From Bacteroidota bacterium (GTDB lineage: Bacteria; Bacteroidota; Bacteroidia; Bacteroidales; GCA-2748055), in assembly GCA_039714915.1 (NCBI GenBank), contig JBDLIM010000006.1, positions 7,230-71,229 on the forward strand: a stretch of 64,000 nucleotides of DNA, written 5' to 3'. Positions 1 through 8,694 of this stretch are shown here, in pieces (position 1 is the stretch's first letter; every line of letters begins with the position of its first letter). Position numbers and translations under genes: made by a program. A model generated the notes under the pieces. That model ran no database searches. It saw nothing but the letters and a program-made list of their open reading frames with translations, and was not told where the DNA came from.

Positions 1-110
1 TGATTCTAATCTTTAGTATTTTCTGTGCCTCGATTTAACAGGTCGCAAAAGTACAAATAATTTTCTATTCGTTACAATAAATATACCGATTTATTAACAA
101 TGGATTGTTA

Positions 111-1796
111 TTAATGTGCATTCGCTTTGGGCATCTTCAGGTTCTTCCCAACATCTTTTACAACAATCTCCTTCCATTGCTCCGAATAACCGGGCTGATC
201 CGGACCCAGGGGATATCCATCCGGGCTGCGGAGAAACTCCCCGTTTTCTTCCTTCTTGATGTTTCCGTCGATATACTTAACAAGCAGGAACTGACCCAGT
301 TCTTTGTAACGCTGAACCGTGTAATCACCCATATTCACCGAATAATTAGTGATAAACTCCCTGGCCAGTTCCGGATTGGTTTCATGCAGTACTGCAGCTG
401 CAGCATCGATGGCCTCCACTTCAGTAATGTATTTTTCTTCCAGCTCGGTTTGAACTTTCCTCACATCTTCCATCATCACATTGTATCTCAGGTAAGAGAA
501 GTTGGATACAAAGCTGAATGCCCAGAAAGCAGCAGTTTCGGAATAGGTGAGAAGATCCCCGTTCCCAACGGCATAGGATTCAGGAACCCGGGTCATCCCG
601 CAATACATTGGAACATAGGTAGTGGCAGCTGCATCGTCAATGCCAAACCAGAGGATGCCTCCCAGCCAGTCGGGCTGCATGGGCCTGGATTCTGCCACAA
701 AAGAGAATCCGGTTTGTTGTGTGGCGGTTGCTCGTTCATTCACATACATTTTACCATCCAGTTCCCAGGTAAGAGGCCTCCAGCGATAGGGGAGTCCAAA
801 GGGACCTGCACCTGCATCTTTGGACATATCCAGCTCGGTTCCCTCCAGGTGATCCCTCATAAAATTCATCAGGTCTTTGTTGGAAAGCTTGCGATTGGGT
901 TTAATGTATAGGGGCATGCGCTTGTCCAGGTCTTTTCCTTTCACATAGTCAAAGTACTGATCCATATCGTTGTGGATATCTTTGAAGAAGGACCATACCC
1001 GCATGTCGCAAAAGCGGGCTCCTCCAAAATCGACAGGGGCATAGGTATCAGAAAAGCTAAACTCTTCGTCCGGTCCCACATAGTAGCCCTTCTCCTTTGC
1101 AAAACTTATAACATCGGGAGCATAGATGCAATTCTCGGGATCATCTAATGGGAAATTCTGAATTCGTGCCTGGTTGGCATGTCCGGATACATATCCATCG
1201 GGAATCCTTACAGCCACCCATACAGCCCCCTTGTGTTTATTATAGGTTTTTCCGCCTTCAGTCACTAATTCAGTTCCTTTTCCAATCAATTCCATAATCC
1301 ATACTTCGTGTGGATCAGAAATTGAAAACGATTCTCCGGAACTATAATACCCATGATCAGCAACCAGTTCGCCCATTATGCTGATGGCCTCCCTGGCTGT
1401 TCTTGCACGCTGGAGGGTAATATACATGAGGCTGCCATAATCGATCAGACCTGTGGTATCTCTCAGCTCTCTTCTTCCGCCGTAGGTGGTTTCTCCAATG
1501 GCTACCTGATGCTCGTTCATATTTCCCACCACAGAATAGGTATGGGAAAGCTGAGGAATGCGACCCAGAAATTTATTGGTATCCCACTCGTACACATCCA
1601 GGAAAGATCCCGGAGGATAATCGGCTGCCGGCCTGAAATACAATTCCCCGTATAATACATGTGCATCAGCTGCATAGGTGATCATTGCTGTTCCGTTGAC
1701 AGAGGCCCCAGGAGTAACCAGGAAATTGGTACATGCCAGAACAGGACTGATAAATAAAGCGATGGCTAGGACTGAACTAAAAATAACTCTTTTCAT
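111..1796 (-). CDS. Secreted C69-family dipeptidase (Ntn-type Cys nucleophile)
   Basis: 561-aa ORF. The signal peptide ends ...SPVLA and is directly followed by C-TNFLV, as in peptidase C69 enzymes whose mature N-terminal Cys is the nucleophile. Coding ORF fills the interval. Confidence 0.8.
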   Translation of the reverse strand: MKRVIFSSVLAIALFISPVLACTNFLVTPGASVNGTAMITYAADAHVLYGELYFRPAADYPPGSFLDVYEWDTNKFLGRIPQLSHTYSVVGNMNEHQVAIGETTYGGRRELRDTTGLIDYGSLMYITLQRARTAREAISIMGELVADHGYYSSGESFSISDPHEVWIMELIGKGTELVTEGGKTYNKHKGAVWVAVRIPDGYVSGHANQARIQNFPLDDPENCIYAPDVISFAKEKGYYVGPDEEFSFSDTYAPVDFGGARFCDMRVWSFFKDIHNDMDQYFDYVKGKDLDKRMPLYIKPNRKLSNKDLMNFMRDHLEGTELDMSKDAGAGPFGLPYRWRPLTWELDGKMYVNERATATQQTGFSFVAESRPMQPDWLGGILWFGIDDAAATTYVPMYCGMTRVPESYAVGNGDLLTYSETAAFWAFSFVSNFSYLRYNVMMEDVRKVQTELEEKYITEVEAIDAAAAVLHETNPELAREFITNYSVNMGDYTVQRYKELGQFLLVKYIDGNIKKEENGEFLRSPDGYPLGPDQPGYSEQWKEIVVKDVGKNLKMPKANAH

Positions 1797-1919
1797 ACTT
1801 TATAGACTTTTTAACTTTTGACTAATTTAGCCGTGCGCAAAGATTTCATTTTTTTACTTATCTGGCAATAGGAAGTATTACTATTTATCAGTCATTAATG
1901 TAATTTTAACACTTAAAAA

Positions 1920-1951
1920 TTTGCAGGGTATCAGGATTGATTTTATCTTTG
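1920..1951 (+). promoter_or_regulatory. Bacteroidota-type promoter (-33 TTTG, 20-nt spacer, -7 TATCTTTG) with no downstream plus-strand CDS
   Basis: TTTG at 1920-1923. Exact TAnnTTTG match (TATCTTTG) at 1944-1951. Both flanking genes are on the minus strand. Confidence 0.5.
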
Positions 1952-1957
1952 TGGCAT

Positions 1958-2106
1958 AATATTTGTGGTAATATTACAGAGGAAGTACATAAAATATTAT
2001 AACCCCGAAGGCAGTAAATGTTTTTTCATAAGTAGTAGTTTAGTTGGTAGTTTTAGTTAGTGTTGTAGAAAAGGGTCCATCGCCAGATGGGCCTTTTTCT
2101 TTTTTG
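1958..2106 (+). ncRNA. Candidate ~150-nt small RNA (orphan promoter-to-terminator unit), related to the element at 42831-42892
   Basis: Bounded by the promoter at 1920-1951 and a plus-strand intrinsic terminator at 2073-2106. Contains a U/G-rich block at 2031-2069 (TAGTAGTTTAGTTGGTAGTTTTAGTTAGTGTTGTAG). No plausible ORF. The 5' end is only predicted. Confidence 0.4.
2073..2106 (+). terminator. Intrinsic terminator, plus-strand polarity
   Basis: GGGUCCAUC-GCCA-GAUGGGCCU stem followed by TTTTCTTTTTT. The two G.U wobbles on the plus strand would be C.A mismatches on the minus strand, and the U-run exists only on the plus strand. Confidence 0.65.
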
Positions 2107-2116
2107 CACACCCTGC

Positions 2117-3253
2117 TTATACAAAGCTTAACAGAAGTTCCCGCTCCTCATCGGAGAATTCAAAATTCAATCCCTGTGCCTTATTCTTATTCATAAGTGC
2201 CAGAATTTCTGTAAGCTTATGCTCTTCAATCCCTGCTTCCCTGCAAAGAACCGGACTGCCAAGCATGCTGAAGAAAGCCGTTATTTTCTCAATGGTTTCT
2301 TCTATGTCCGATGCATCGAATAAAGCTTTTCCCAATGCCAGGATGCGGTCTCCTGCTCTTTTCTTCATCACTTTCATCCAGGCGGGATACAAAATGGACA
2401 GACTGGCTCCATGCGGGGTGTCATAAAGGAAGGAAAGGGTATGTCCAAAGGCATGTACACCCCAGTCACCTGAAGTTCTGCCATGCATAGTCGTATTATT
2501 TAGCGCACAGGTGGCTGCCCACATGATGCGTTCGCGTAATTCATAATTCTGCAGGTCTTTCATCAGCTCCGGACCAAACTCCATGGCCTCCTTAATTATC
2601 TCAACCACAAACCGGTCTGAAAGAGATGCATCTCCATGGCCAAACCAGGCTTCAAGGCAATGGGCCACCAGGTCCACAATCCCGTAAGCCGTATAATTTT
2701 CCGGAACACTCAGTGTATAGGACGGATCCAGAAAGGAATGATCGGGATACATCAATTCATTCCGAAGTCCAATCTTCTGACCGGTTTTAGAATTTTGCAG
2801 GACGGCCGCAGCATTCATTTCCGTTCCGGTCGCTGCCAGGGTCAGCACTGCAATCAGAGGAAGGCCGGAGGTCGGGATATGTTTTCTTGACATTAGCTCC
2901 CATGGATCACAATCCTCTGAAATGCAAATGGCAATAATTTTTGCAGAGTCTATCACACTTCCTCCGCCCACAGCCACAACCATATCTGCTTCCGCATCGC
3001 GACCTGACTTAACAGCAGCTGTCGCTTCCTCCACACGTGGATTGGGCTTAATTCCTTTGAATTCCGTAATCTCTATTCCCTGAGATTCAAGTTGTTGTAC
3101 GGTATCCCGATAACTGCCGTTCCTGAGCACGGATCCGCTCCCGTACACCAGCAGGGCTTTTTTACCCAGTTCAGATGCACAAGGCCCCAGGTCTTTGAGC
3201 ACTCCACGTCCAAAATGCAATTTGGTAGGATTGAAAGCAATAAAATTTTCCAT
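2117..3253 (-). CDS. Iron-containing (group III) alcohol dehydrogenase
   Basis: 378-aa ORF with the GGGSVIDSAK nucleotide-binding motif and His-rich metal site (HCLEAW..., HGxxH region) typical of Fe-ADH/butanol dehydrogenase-like enzymes. Confidence 0.85.
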   Translation of the reverse strand: MENFIAFNPTKLHFGRGVLKDLGPCASELGKKALLVYGSGSVLRNGSYRDTVQQLESQGIEITEFKGIKPNPRVEEATAAVKSGRDAEADMVVAVGGGSVIDSAKIIAICISEDCDPWELMSRKHIPTSGLPLIAVLTLAATGTEMNAAAVLQNSKTGQKIGLRNELMYPDHSFLDPSYTLSVPENYTAYGIVDLVAHCLEAWFGHGDASLSDRFVVEIIKEAMEFGPELMKDLQNYELRERIMWAATCALNNTTMHGRTSGDWGVHAFGHTLSFLYDTPHGASLSILYPAWMKVMKKRAGDRILALGKALFDASDIEETIEKITAFFSMLGSPVLCREAGIEEHKLTEILALMNKNKAQGLNFEFSDEERELLLSFV

Positions 3254-3282
3254 AACAGGGTTAGTTTTTAGTGTTTCTATGA

Positions 3283-4344
3283 CTAAGTATGTATATATCC
3301 GACCGACAAATCCTTTTGTCCGCCTGTTACGCTGGCCAGGCAGTTAATTTCACCCCGTATCCGCAACAGACCCAGCAGGGCAAAGACCAAAGCCTCCTTA
3401 AAATGAAGCACCTTTAATTCCGGAACCACAATCTGTGCTCTGGTATATGGTTGTAACCTTTCAAGCAGGTTTTGGTTCAATGCACCTCCGCCGGTCACCA
3501 GCACCGACTTAAGCTCAGCGGCATTGATCCCCCTGGCCAGTTGAATGGCAATATGTTCGGCGGTGGTGGCCATCAGATCAGCTGATGCAGGCTTTTTCTG
3601 CATTAAAAGCGGAAGGAAAGAAGCAAGAAACCACTCTCTGCCCAGCGATTTTGGGAGAGGCTTTCCATAGTACTCCAGGCTGTTCATTTTTTCCAGAAGA
3701 TCCTCCAAAATGCGGCCTGAACGGGCCAGTTCCCCATTGTTGTCATATTCATGGCCTTCCAGGCCGGCGATCCAGTTCAATGCCATGTTTGCAGGGCCGA
3801 TGTCATAGGCTCTTCGCAGGCCTTGTCCATCTTCATAGGAGATATTGGCAAATCCCCCCAGGTTCAGGCATCCCTGGTATTCGCCAAATAAGAGGCGATC
3901 CCCTATGGGGACCATGGGAGCACCCTGTCCACCCTGTGCCACATCTTCACGCCTGAAATCATTAACCACTGTCACGCCTGTCTCCCTGGCTATTACAGCA
4001 CCATTGCCGGCCTGAAAGGTAATTCCCAGGTGAGGCTCATGCAAAATAGTATGCCCGTGGGAACTTATCAACTCAGGTTTCAGCTTGTATCTGGAATGAA
4101 AGTCATTCAGCAGGTTTGCATAATGCCTGCCCAGTTCAAGATCCAGGCTCTGCATTTTCTCCCGGGTCCAATGGCAGGCCTCTGTCAGTTTTGTTTTCAG
4201 TTGCTCCGGGTAGGGCGGGGTTTCTGCAGCAACAATGCTATAATTCCATGTTCCGTTTCCAGGAAAGATCTCACAACAAACCAGGTCCACACCATCCAGC
4301 GATGATCCCGACATCAGGCCCGTAACCAGGGATTTATTTGGCAT
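3283..4344 (-). CDS. anmK: Anhydro-N-acetylmuramic acid kinase
   Basis: 353-aa ORF. The N-terminal GLMSGSSLDGVD motif and overall length and organisation match the AnmK family. Confidence 0.85.
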   Translation of the reverse strand: MPNKSLVTGLMSGSSLDGVDLVCCEIFPGNGTWNYSIVAAETPPYPEQLKTKLTEACHWTREKMQSLDLELGRHYANLLNDFHSRYKLKPELISSHGHTILHEPHLGITFQAGNGAVIARETGVTVVNDFRREDVAQGGQGAPMVPIGDRLLFGEYQGCLNLGGFANISYEDGQGLRRAYDIGPANMALNWIAGLEGHEYDNNGELARSGRILEDLLEKMNSLEYYGKPLPKSLGREWFLASFLPLLMQKKPASADLMATTAEHIAIQLARGINAAELKSVLVTGGGALNQNLLERLQPYTRAQIVVPELKVLHFKEALVFALLGLLRIRGEINCLASVTGGQKDLSVGYIHT

Positions 4345-4354
4345 TATTCAGGTT

Positions 4355-6040
4355 TTACCACGTAAATGAAGCACGATACAGACTCGTATTTCCTTTGGAG
4401 TCGCTTACATATAACTCCAGTTCATGGGCTGTGTTCGAAGTGATTTTATCTTTGTCAAATTCATGGAACAGCAGATCATTCTTCATGTCATATTCAAAGA
4501 GTACCCATTGGTTGTCAATATATCCATCGTATTTATCTATTCCCGATAACTCGTCGGTGATCAGAAACTTCAGGGGATTTCTTCCAAGAGCTTTGATTTC
4601 AGGAGGAATGGTATCGATCGCAATGGCAAATTTCCCAAAGCTTCTCTGACTTGAACTCACCTTCCCGCCTTTGTATTCACCTCCTGCGTCAGCTATTTTT
4701 CCCTCCTCATCCAGGGTGACAATCAACAATTTGTTCCGCAGGGCCGGGTCTACTCCCTCCGACAGTATGGAAAGCGAATAAGGAGTATGTACAGGTACTT
4801 CTTCACTGCCAATCCGGTAAAAGGAGGTTAAGGAACCCTGTTCCTGTGGCAATACAGCGTAGGTAAAATCCATATCCTGATACAGGGCATTTTTCGGGAT
4901 ACGGATCGATACAGGATCTTTTTCAAAGCTGTTGGCTTCATTATATTTCATAATGTGTTTCCCGCCGGCATCCGGACTTCCGCTCATCTCCCGGTATGGG
5001 TCCCCGGAAATATTAAAGCTGAGTTCCGATTTATTTCCGGCCACATCCCTGGCCAGAATACGCACCTGGTAGCTTCTTTTCTCATCGATCCTCAGTTCTC
5101 CGTTATCCTCCAGGTGCTCGTAAATTCTCAGGCGGTCATTGGGCAATCGGTGGAGTCTGTGAGCTTTGACTCCATGGCGTATGTGCTCTTCAAAATCAAT
5201 ATGGGCATTTATATAGCGAGTCTCATTGAAAGAAAACTCATTCATTACATGACGGTAGTGAAGCCTGTCATCCAGATATAATTCCAGGGAATAAACCCCA
5301 CATCTGTTGGAAGCTCCATTCAGATAATCAAATACTTCCACGCTGATTCCAAGAGTTCCGGATGCCTGAATCCCGGTTCCCCAGGGAATGGTGTAGACCC
5401 CATTATCTTTGACCACCGGGGATGAAAACTTTTCGTCCGATCCATTAATCAGAGATTGATCCTTCAAAGTATAGATGAATAAGGAATGAAACCTGGGGGC
5501 CACACGATCATGAATATCAAAACCGTACTGCAGCACATTGGTGGGATGTTGATTGGTAGCCTTTCGGATCTCAAAATGAAGATGAGGCCCGGAAGATCCT
5601 CCTGTATTCCCCGAATAAGCTATTAACTCTCCCTTTTTCAGAGGAAAGGTCTCCGCATCCAGGTAGAGGTCCACTGTATGAGATTTCCTCGCGTACTGTA
5701 TTTTTTTTACATATGCAGCAATGTCATCTTTGTACCGGTCCAGGTGACCATATACGGAAGTGTGGCCGCTGGGATGGTTCACATAAACGGATTTTCCATA
5801 GCCATTGGCCTGCACCTTGATCCTGGATATATAGCCCTCTTCCACCGAGAATACGGGATGACCAATGCTTCCCTGTGTTTTAATATCAATGCCCGAATGG
5901 ATGTGATCTGTCCTGATTTCACCAAAGTTTCCTGACAGGTACATGGGTATTTTCAGGGGAGGGTGGAAGGAAAACTTTTGTTGTCCTGACAGCTGGCCTA
6001 TACCGATTTGTATAATAGCAATAAGAATCAGTCTGCGCAT
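4355..6040 (-). CDS. M23-family metallopeptidase (large, secreted)
   Basis: 561-aa ORF with signal peptide. HxxxD-type motif (HSGIDIK) and GNTGGSSGPHLHFEIR, the M23/LytM signature. Confidence 0.8.
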   Translation of the reverse strand: MRRLILIAIIQIGIGQLSGQQKFSFHPPLKIPMYLSGNFGEIRTDHIHSGIDIKTQGSIGHPVFSVEEGYISRIKVQANGYGKSVYVNHPSGHTSVYGHLDRYKDDIAAYVKKIQYARKSHTVDLYLDAETFPLKKGELIAYSGNTGGSSGPHLHFEIRKATNQHPTNVLQYGFDIHDRVAPRFHSLFIYTLKDQSLINGSDEKFSSPVVKDNGVYTIPWGTGIQASGTLGISVEVFDYLNGASNRCGVYSLELYLDDRLHYRHVMNEFSFNETRYINAHIDFEEHIRHGVKAHRLHRLPNDRLRIYEHLEDNGELRIDEKRSYQVRILARDVAGNKSELSFNISGDPYREMSGSPDAGGKHIMKYNEANSFEKDPVSIRIPKNALYQDMDFTYAVLPQEQGSLTSFYRIGSEEVPVHTPYSLSILSEGVDPALRNKLLIVTLDEEGKIADAGGEYKGGKVSSSQRSFGKFAIAIDTIPPEIKALGRNPLKFLITDELSGIDKYDGYIDNQWVLFEYDMKNDLLFHEFDKDKITSNTAHELELYVSDSKGNTSLYRASFTW

Positions 6041-6168
6041 AATCTTTCTGCGGAATAATGAAAATTGAAGCTCCTCGGAGCACGCTCCGAGGAATCTTCG
6101 ATTGATTGTTAAATTTATTTGTGCTCGCTAATCCCGCAGCAAGCTACGGGGAATGCGCGAGCGTAATT

Positions 6169-6176
6169 CAAAACTA
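6169..6176 (-). promoter_or_regulatory. -7 promoter box (TAGTTTTG) for the M23 peptidase transcript
   Basis: Exact TAnnTTTG on the minus strand, ~130 nt upstream of the ATG at 6040. It predicts a ~120-nt 5' UTR beginning at the hairpin 6163-6122. No clear -33 box. Confidence 0.4.
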
Positions 6177-6238
6177 AAGTTTTATTTTCAAGCAGGACAG
6201 TTTGTAATTTGAAAGTTTTAAACGGATTAAAATAATTC

Positions 6239-6246
6239 TATATTTG
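6239..6246 (+). promoter_or_regulatory. -7 promoter box (TATATTTG) for the coiled-coil/zapA operon
   Basis: Exact TAnnTTTG 23 nt upstream of the ATG at 6269. No well-spaced -33 TTTG. Confidence 0.45.
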
Positions 6247-6268
6247 TATCCTAATATATCTCTGTTAA

Positions 6269-6562
6269 ATGAGTACTGAACAGGTTGAAATACTGGAAGG
6301 AATAAAGGAAAGGATCCAGTCGGTTAAGGACCGGATGCTTGAGCAAAAGGAAGAGAACAAGCAGTTGCTGAAAAAGAACGAAGATCTTCAACAACAGGTT
6401 CAGGAGAGTCAGGCATTATTAGAAGAATTGGAACAAAAAAACCAGCGATTATCGATGGTGAAAAGTATCAAGGCCAATGATGAGGATTCACATGATGCCC
6501 GGATACAAATAAACAGGATTGTGCGGGAGATTGACAAGTGTATTGCTCTATTAAACAGATAA
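6269..6562 (+). CDS. Small coiled-coil protein (hypothetical, possibly division-associated)
   Basis: 97-aa ORF rich in E/K/Q/L with heptad-like character. Ends 1 nt before the zapA-like ORF, consistent with an operon. Confidence 0.5.
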   Translation: MSTEQVEILEGIKERIQSVKDRMLEQKEENKQLLKKNEDLQQQVQESQALLEELEQKNQRLSMVKSIKANDEDSHDARIQINRIVREIDKCIALLNR

Positions 6563-6563
6563 A

Positions 6564-6857
6564 TTGGGGATGAACGACGAAATGTTATCCATAAAGGTTC
6601 AGGTTGCTGAAAGGTTCTATCCCCTGAAGATAAAGCGACAGGATGAGGAGAAGATCAGAAAGGCAGCCAGGCTAATAAATGATAAAGTCCTGCAGTACAA
6701 GCAGAGATATACGGATAAGGATACTCAGGACTTTATGGCCATGGCAGCACTTCAATTCGTAATTAACCTATTAGATTGCGAACAACAACAAAATGTTGTA
6801 TCTTTGGAAAAGGAGTTGGAAGTATTGAGTAGTGAGCTGGATGAATTATTAAAATAA
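6564..6857 (+). CDS. zapA: Cell division protein ZapA-like
   Basis: 97-aa ORF. The N-terminal 'I(K)V...Y.L....EE..IR.AA..IN' beta/alpha part plus a C-terminal coiled coil resembles the ZapA family. Confidence 0.6.
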   Translation: MGMNDEMLSIKVQVAERFYPLKIKRQDEEKIRKAARLINDKVLQYKQRYTDKDTQDFMAMAALQFVINLLDCEQQQNVVSLEKELEVLSSELDELLK

Positions 6858-6892
6858 GAGTAATATCGTTCTTATACATATTTAAAGAGTTT

Positions 6893-7093
6893 GCCCGCAT
6901 TGTTTCTTCAATTATTTTTGAAACTCAACATTTATTACATTGGAACAAAGCTCGGTTAATAAAGAGCAGGCCAAAATTCCGGTTCGCCGGAATACTGATT
7001 CGTTCGGTCATTGGAAACTCGATATTAGCTGGCAGTTCCACCCATGCCTAATGGGGTTTTATAAAGTTTTGAGGAAATATGCGGGTTTTTTTA
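6893..7093 (+). ncRNA. 6S-RNA-like structured RNA (~200 nt)
   Basis: Long-range closing helix 6894-6911 / 7069-7085 (17 bp, one bulged U) followed by a U7 run at 7086-7092. The helix continues at 6920-6926 / 7054-7060. A ~14x13-nt central bubble spans 6927-6940 / 7041-7053. Inner stem 6941-6946 / 7035-7040. Apical 7-bp hairpin with UUCG tetraloop at 6976-6993. No ORF. Confidence 0.55.
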
Positions 7094-7113
7094 TTGTCTA
7101 AAATAGAGGAACT

Positions 7114-8688
7114 ATGGAACTGTTAACACAAGCATTGGTGCTGCAGTCGACCATGGTCATGTATCTTGTAATAGGAGGAGCATCATTGCTCGTAGGGGCT
7201 GGAATTGTTTTCTTTCTGATGACAACTGTGGTCAGGAAGAAGAGCAACAATATGATCAAGGAAGCGGAAGGTGAGGCGGAGATGATCAAGCAGCAAAAGA
7301 TACTGCAGGCCAAGGAAAAATTCCTTCAGTTAAAGGAGGAACACGAAAAGCTCATCAATGAGAAGAATAGCAAACTGAATCAGCGCGAAAACGAGGTTAA
7401 GCAGAAGGAGTTTTCTGTTTCACAGAAACATGAAGAAGTTCAGCGGAAAAAGGGCGAGATGGAAACCATCCGCAACAACCTCAACGTTCAGCTGGAAGTT
7501 GTTGAGAAAAAGAAAGAAGAGCTGGAGAGGTCACATCGTTTGCAGGTAGAGCAGCTGGAGACCATCTCAGGTTTTTCGGCGGAAGAAGCAAAGGAACAAC
7601 TGGTTGAATCCCTGAAGGAGGAAGCCAAAACCGAGGCCATGTCACTCATTAACGAAATTGTTGATGAAGCCAAAATGACAGCCAACAAGGAGGCCAAAAA
7701 CATAGTGATCAAAACCGTTCAAAGGGTGGCCAGTGAGACCGCCATTGAGAATGCAGTCACTGTTTTCCACATCGAGTCGGACGAACTTAAAGGCCGGATT
7801 ATTGGGCGTGAGGGACGGAATATCCGCGCCCTTGAAGCTGCCACCGGTGTGGAAGTAATCGTTGATGACACCCCTGAAGCAATTATTTTATCCGCCTTTG
7901 ATCCTGTTAGGAGGGAAGTGGCCAGGCTTTCACTTCATCAACTGGTTACCGATGGTCGCATTCATCCGGCCCGCATTGAAGAAGTGGTGGCTAAAACAAG
8001 GAAACAGATTGAAGAGGAGATCATTGAAGTAGGAAAGCGTACGGCCATTGATCTGGGGATTCACGGCTTGCATCCTGAGCTTACAAGGATGGTAGGCAGG
8101 ATGAAATACCGGTCTTCTTACGGCCAGAACCTTCTGCAACATTCCCGGGAGGTAGCTAACCTTTGCGCCATTATGGCCACCGAGCTTGGGCTGAATGCCA
8201 AGCTTGCCAGAAGAGCCGGCCTACTTCACGATATCGGAAAAGTACCCGATGATGAACCGGAAATTCCACACGCAGTGTTTGGGATGAAACTGGCTGAGAA
8301 ATACAAAGAAAAGGGTGAGGTGTGTAATGCCATTGGTTCTCATCACGATGAGGTGGAGATGACCACGCTGCTTGCACCCATTGTGCAGGTTTGTGACGCA
8401 ATCTCCGGAGCGCGGCCAGGAGCCAGAAGGGAAGTGGTTGAATCCTACATTAAGCGTTTGAAAGAACTGGAGGCCATGGCTCTTTCTTATCCCGGGGTTC
8501 TGAAGACCTATGCCATCCAGGCCGGAAGGGAATTACGAGTTATCGTGGGTAGTGAGAAAGTCTCAGATAAGGACGCAGAGAGTCTTTCCTTCGACATTGC
8601 CAAGAAAATCCAGGATGAAATGACCTACCCGGGTCAGGTAAAGATCACAGTAATTCGGGAAACCCGGGCAATAAGTTATGCCAAATAA
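7114..8688 (+). CDS. rny: Ribonuclease Y
   Basis: 524-aa ORF with N-terminal TM helix, long E/K coiled coil, KH domain ([15 protein letters not shown]) and HD domain (LLHDIGK...GSHH). The true start may be an internal Met at 7153 or 7159. Confidence 0.9.
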   Translation: MELLTQALVLQSTMVMYLVIGGASLLVGAGIVFFLMTTVVRKKSNNMIKEAEGEAEMIKQQKILQAKEKFLQLKEEHEKLINEKNSKLNQRENEVKQKEFSVSQKHEEVQRKKGEMETIRNNLNVQLEVVEKKKEELERSHRLQVEQLETISGFSAEEAKEQLVESLKEEAKTEAMSLINEIVDEAKMTANKEAKNIVIKTVQRVASETAIENAVTVFHIESDELKGRIIGREGRNIRALEAATGVEVIVDDTPEAIILSAFDPVRREVARLSLHQLVTDGRIHPARIEEVVAKTRKQIEEEIIEVGKRTAIDLGIHGLHPELTRMVGRMKYRSSYGQNLLQHSREVANLCAIMATELGLNAKLARRAGLLHDIGKVPDDEPEIPHAVFGMKLAEKYKEKGEVCNAIGSHHDEVEMTTLLAPIVQVCDAISGARPGARREVVESYIKRLKELEAMALSYPGVLKTYAIQAGRELRVIVGSEKVSDKDAESLSFDIAKKIQDEMTYPGQVKITVIRETRAISYAK

Positions 8689-8694
8689 TTACTG

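Noticed and set aside
105-911. 268-aa plus-strand ORF
   Set aside because: It lies entirely antisense to the well-supported C69 dipeptidase gene. Its composition is low-complexity and Cys/His/Phe-rich, typical of a shadow ORF.
1997-2029. Minus-strand micro-ORFs behind leader-like A/C-rich sequences: MKKHLLPSGL at 2029-1997, and MKRNVE at 42829-42809
   Set aside because: They are too short and non-homologous to each other to call as genes. The adjacent hairpins have wobble pairs and U-runs that fit only the plus strand. They are kept as an alternative hypothesis in the sRNA findings.
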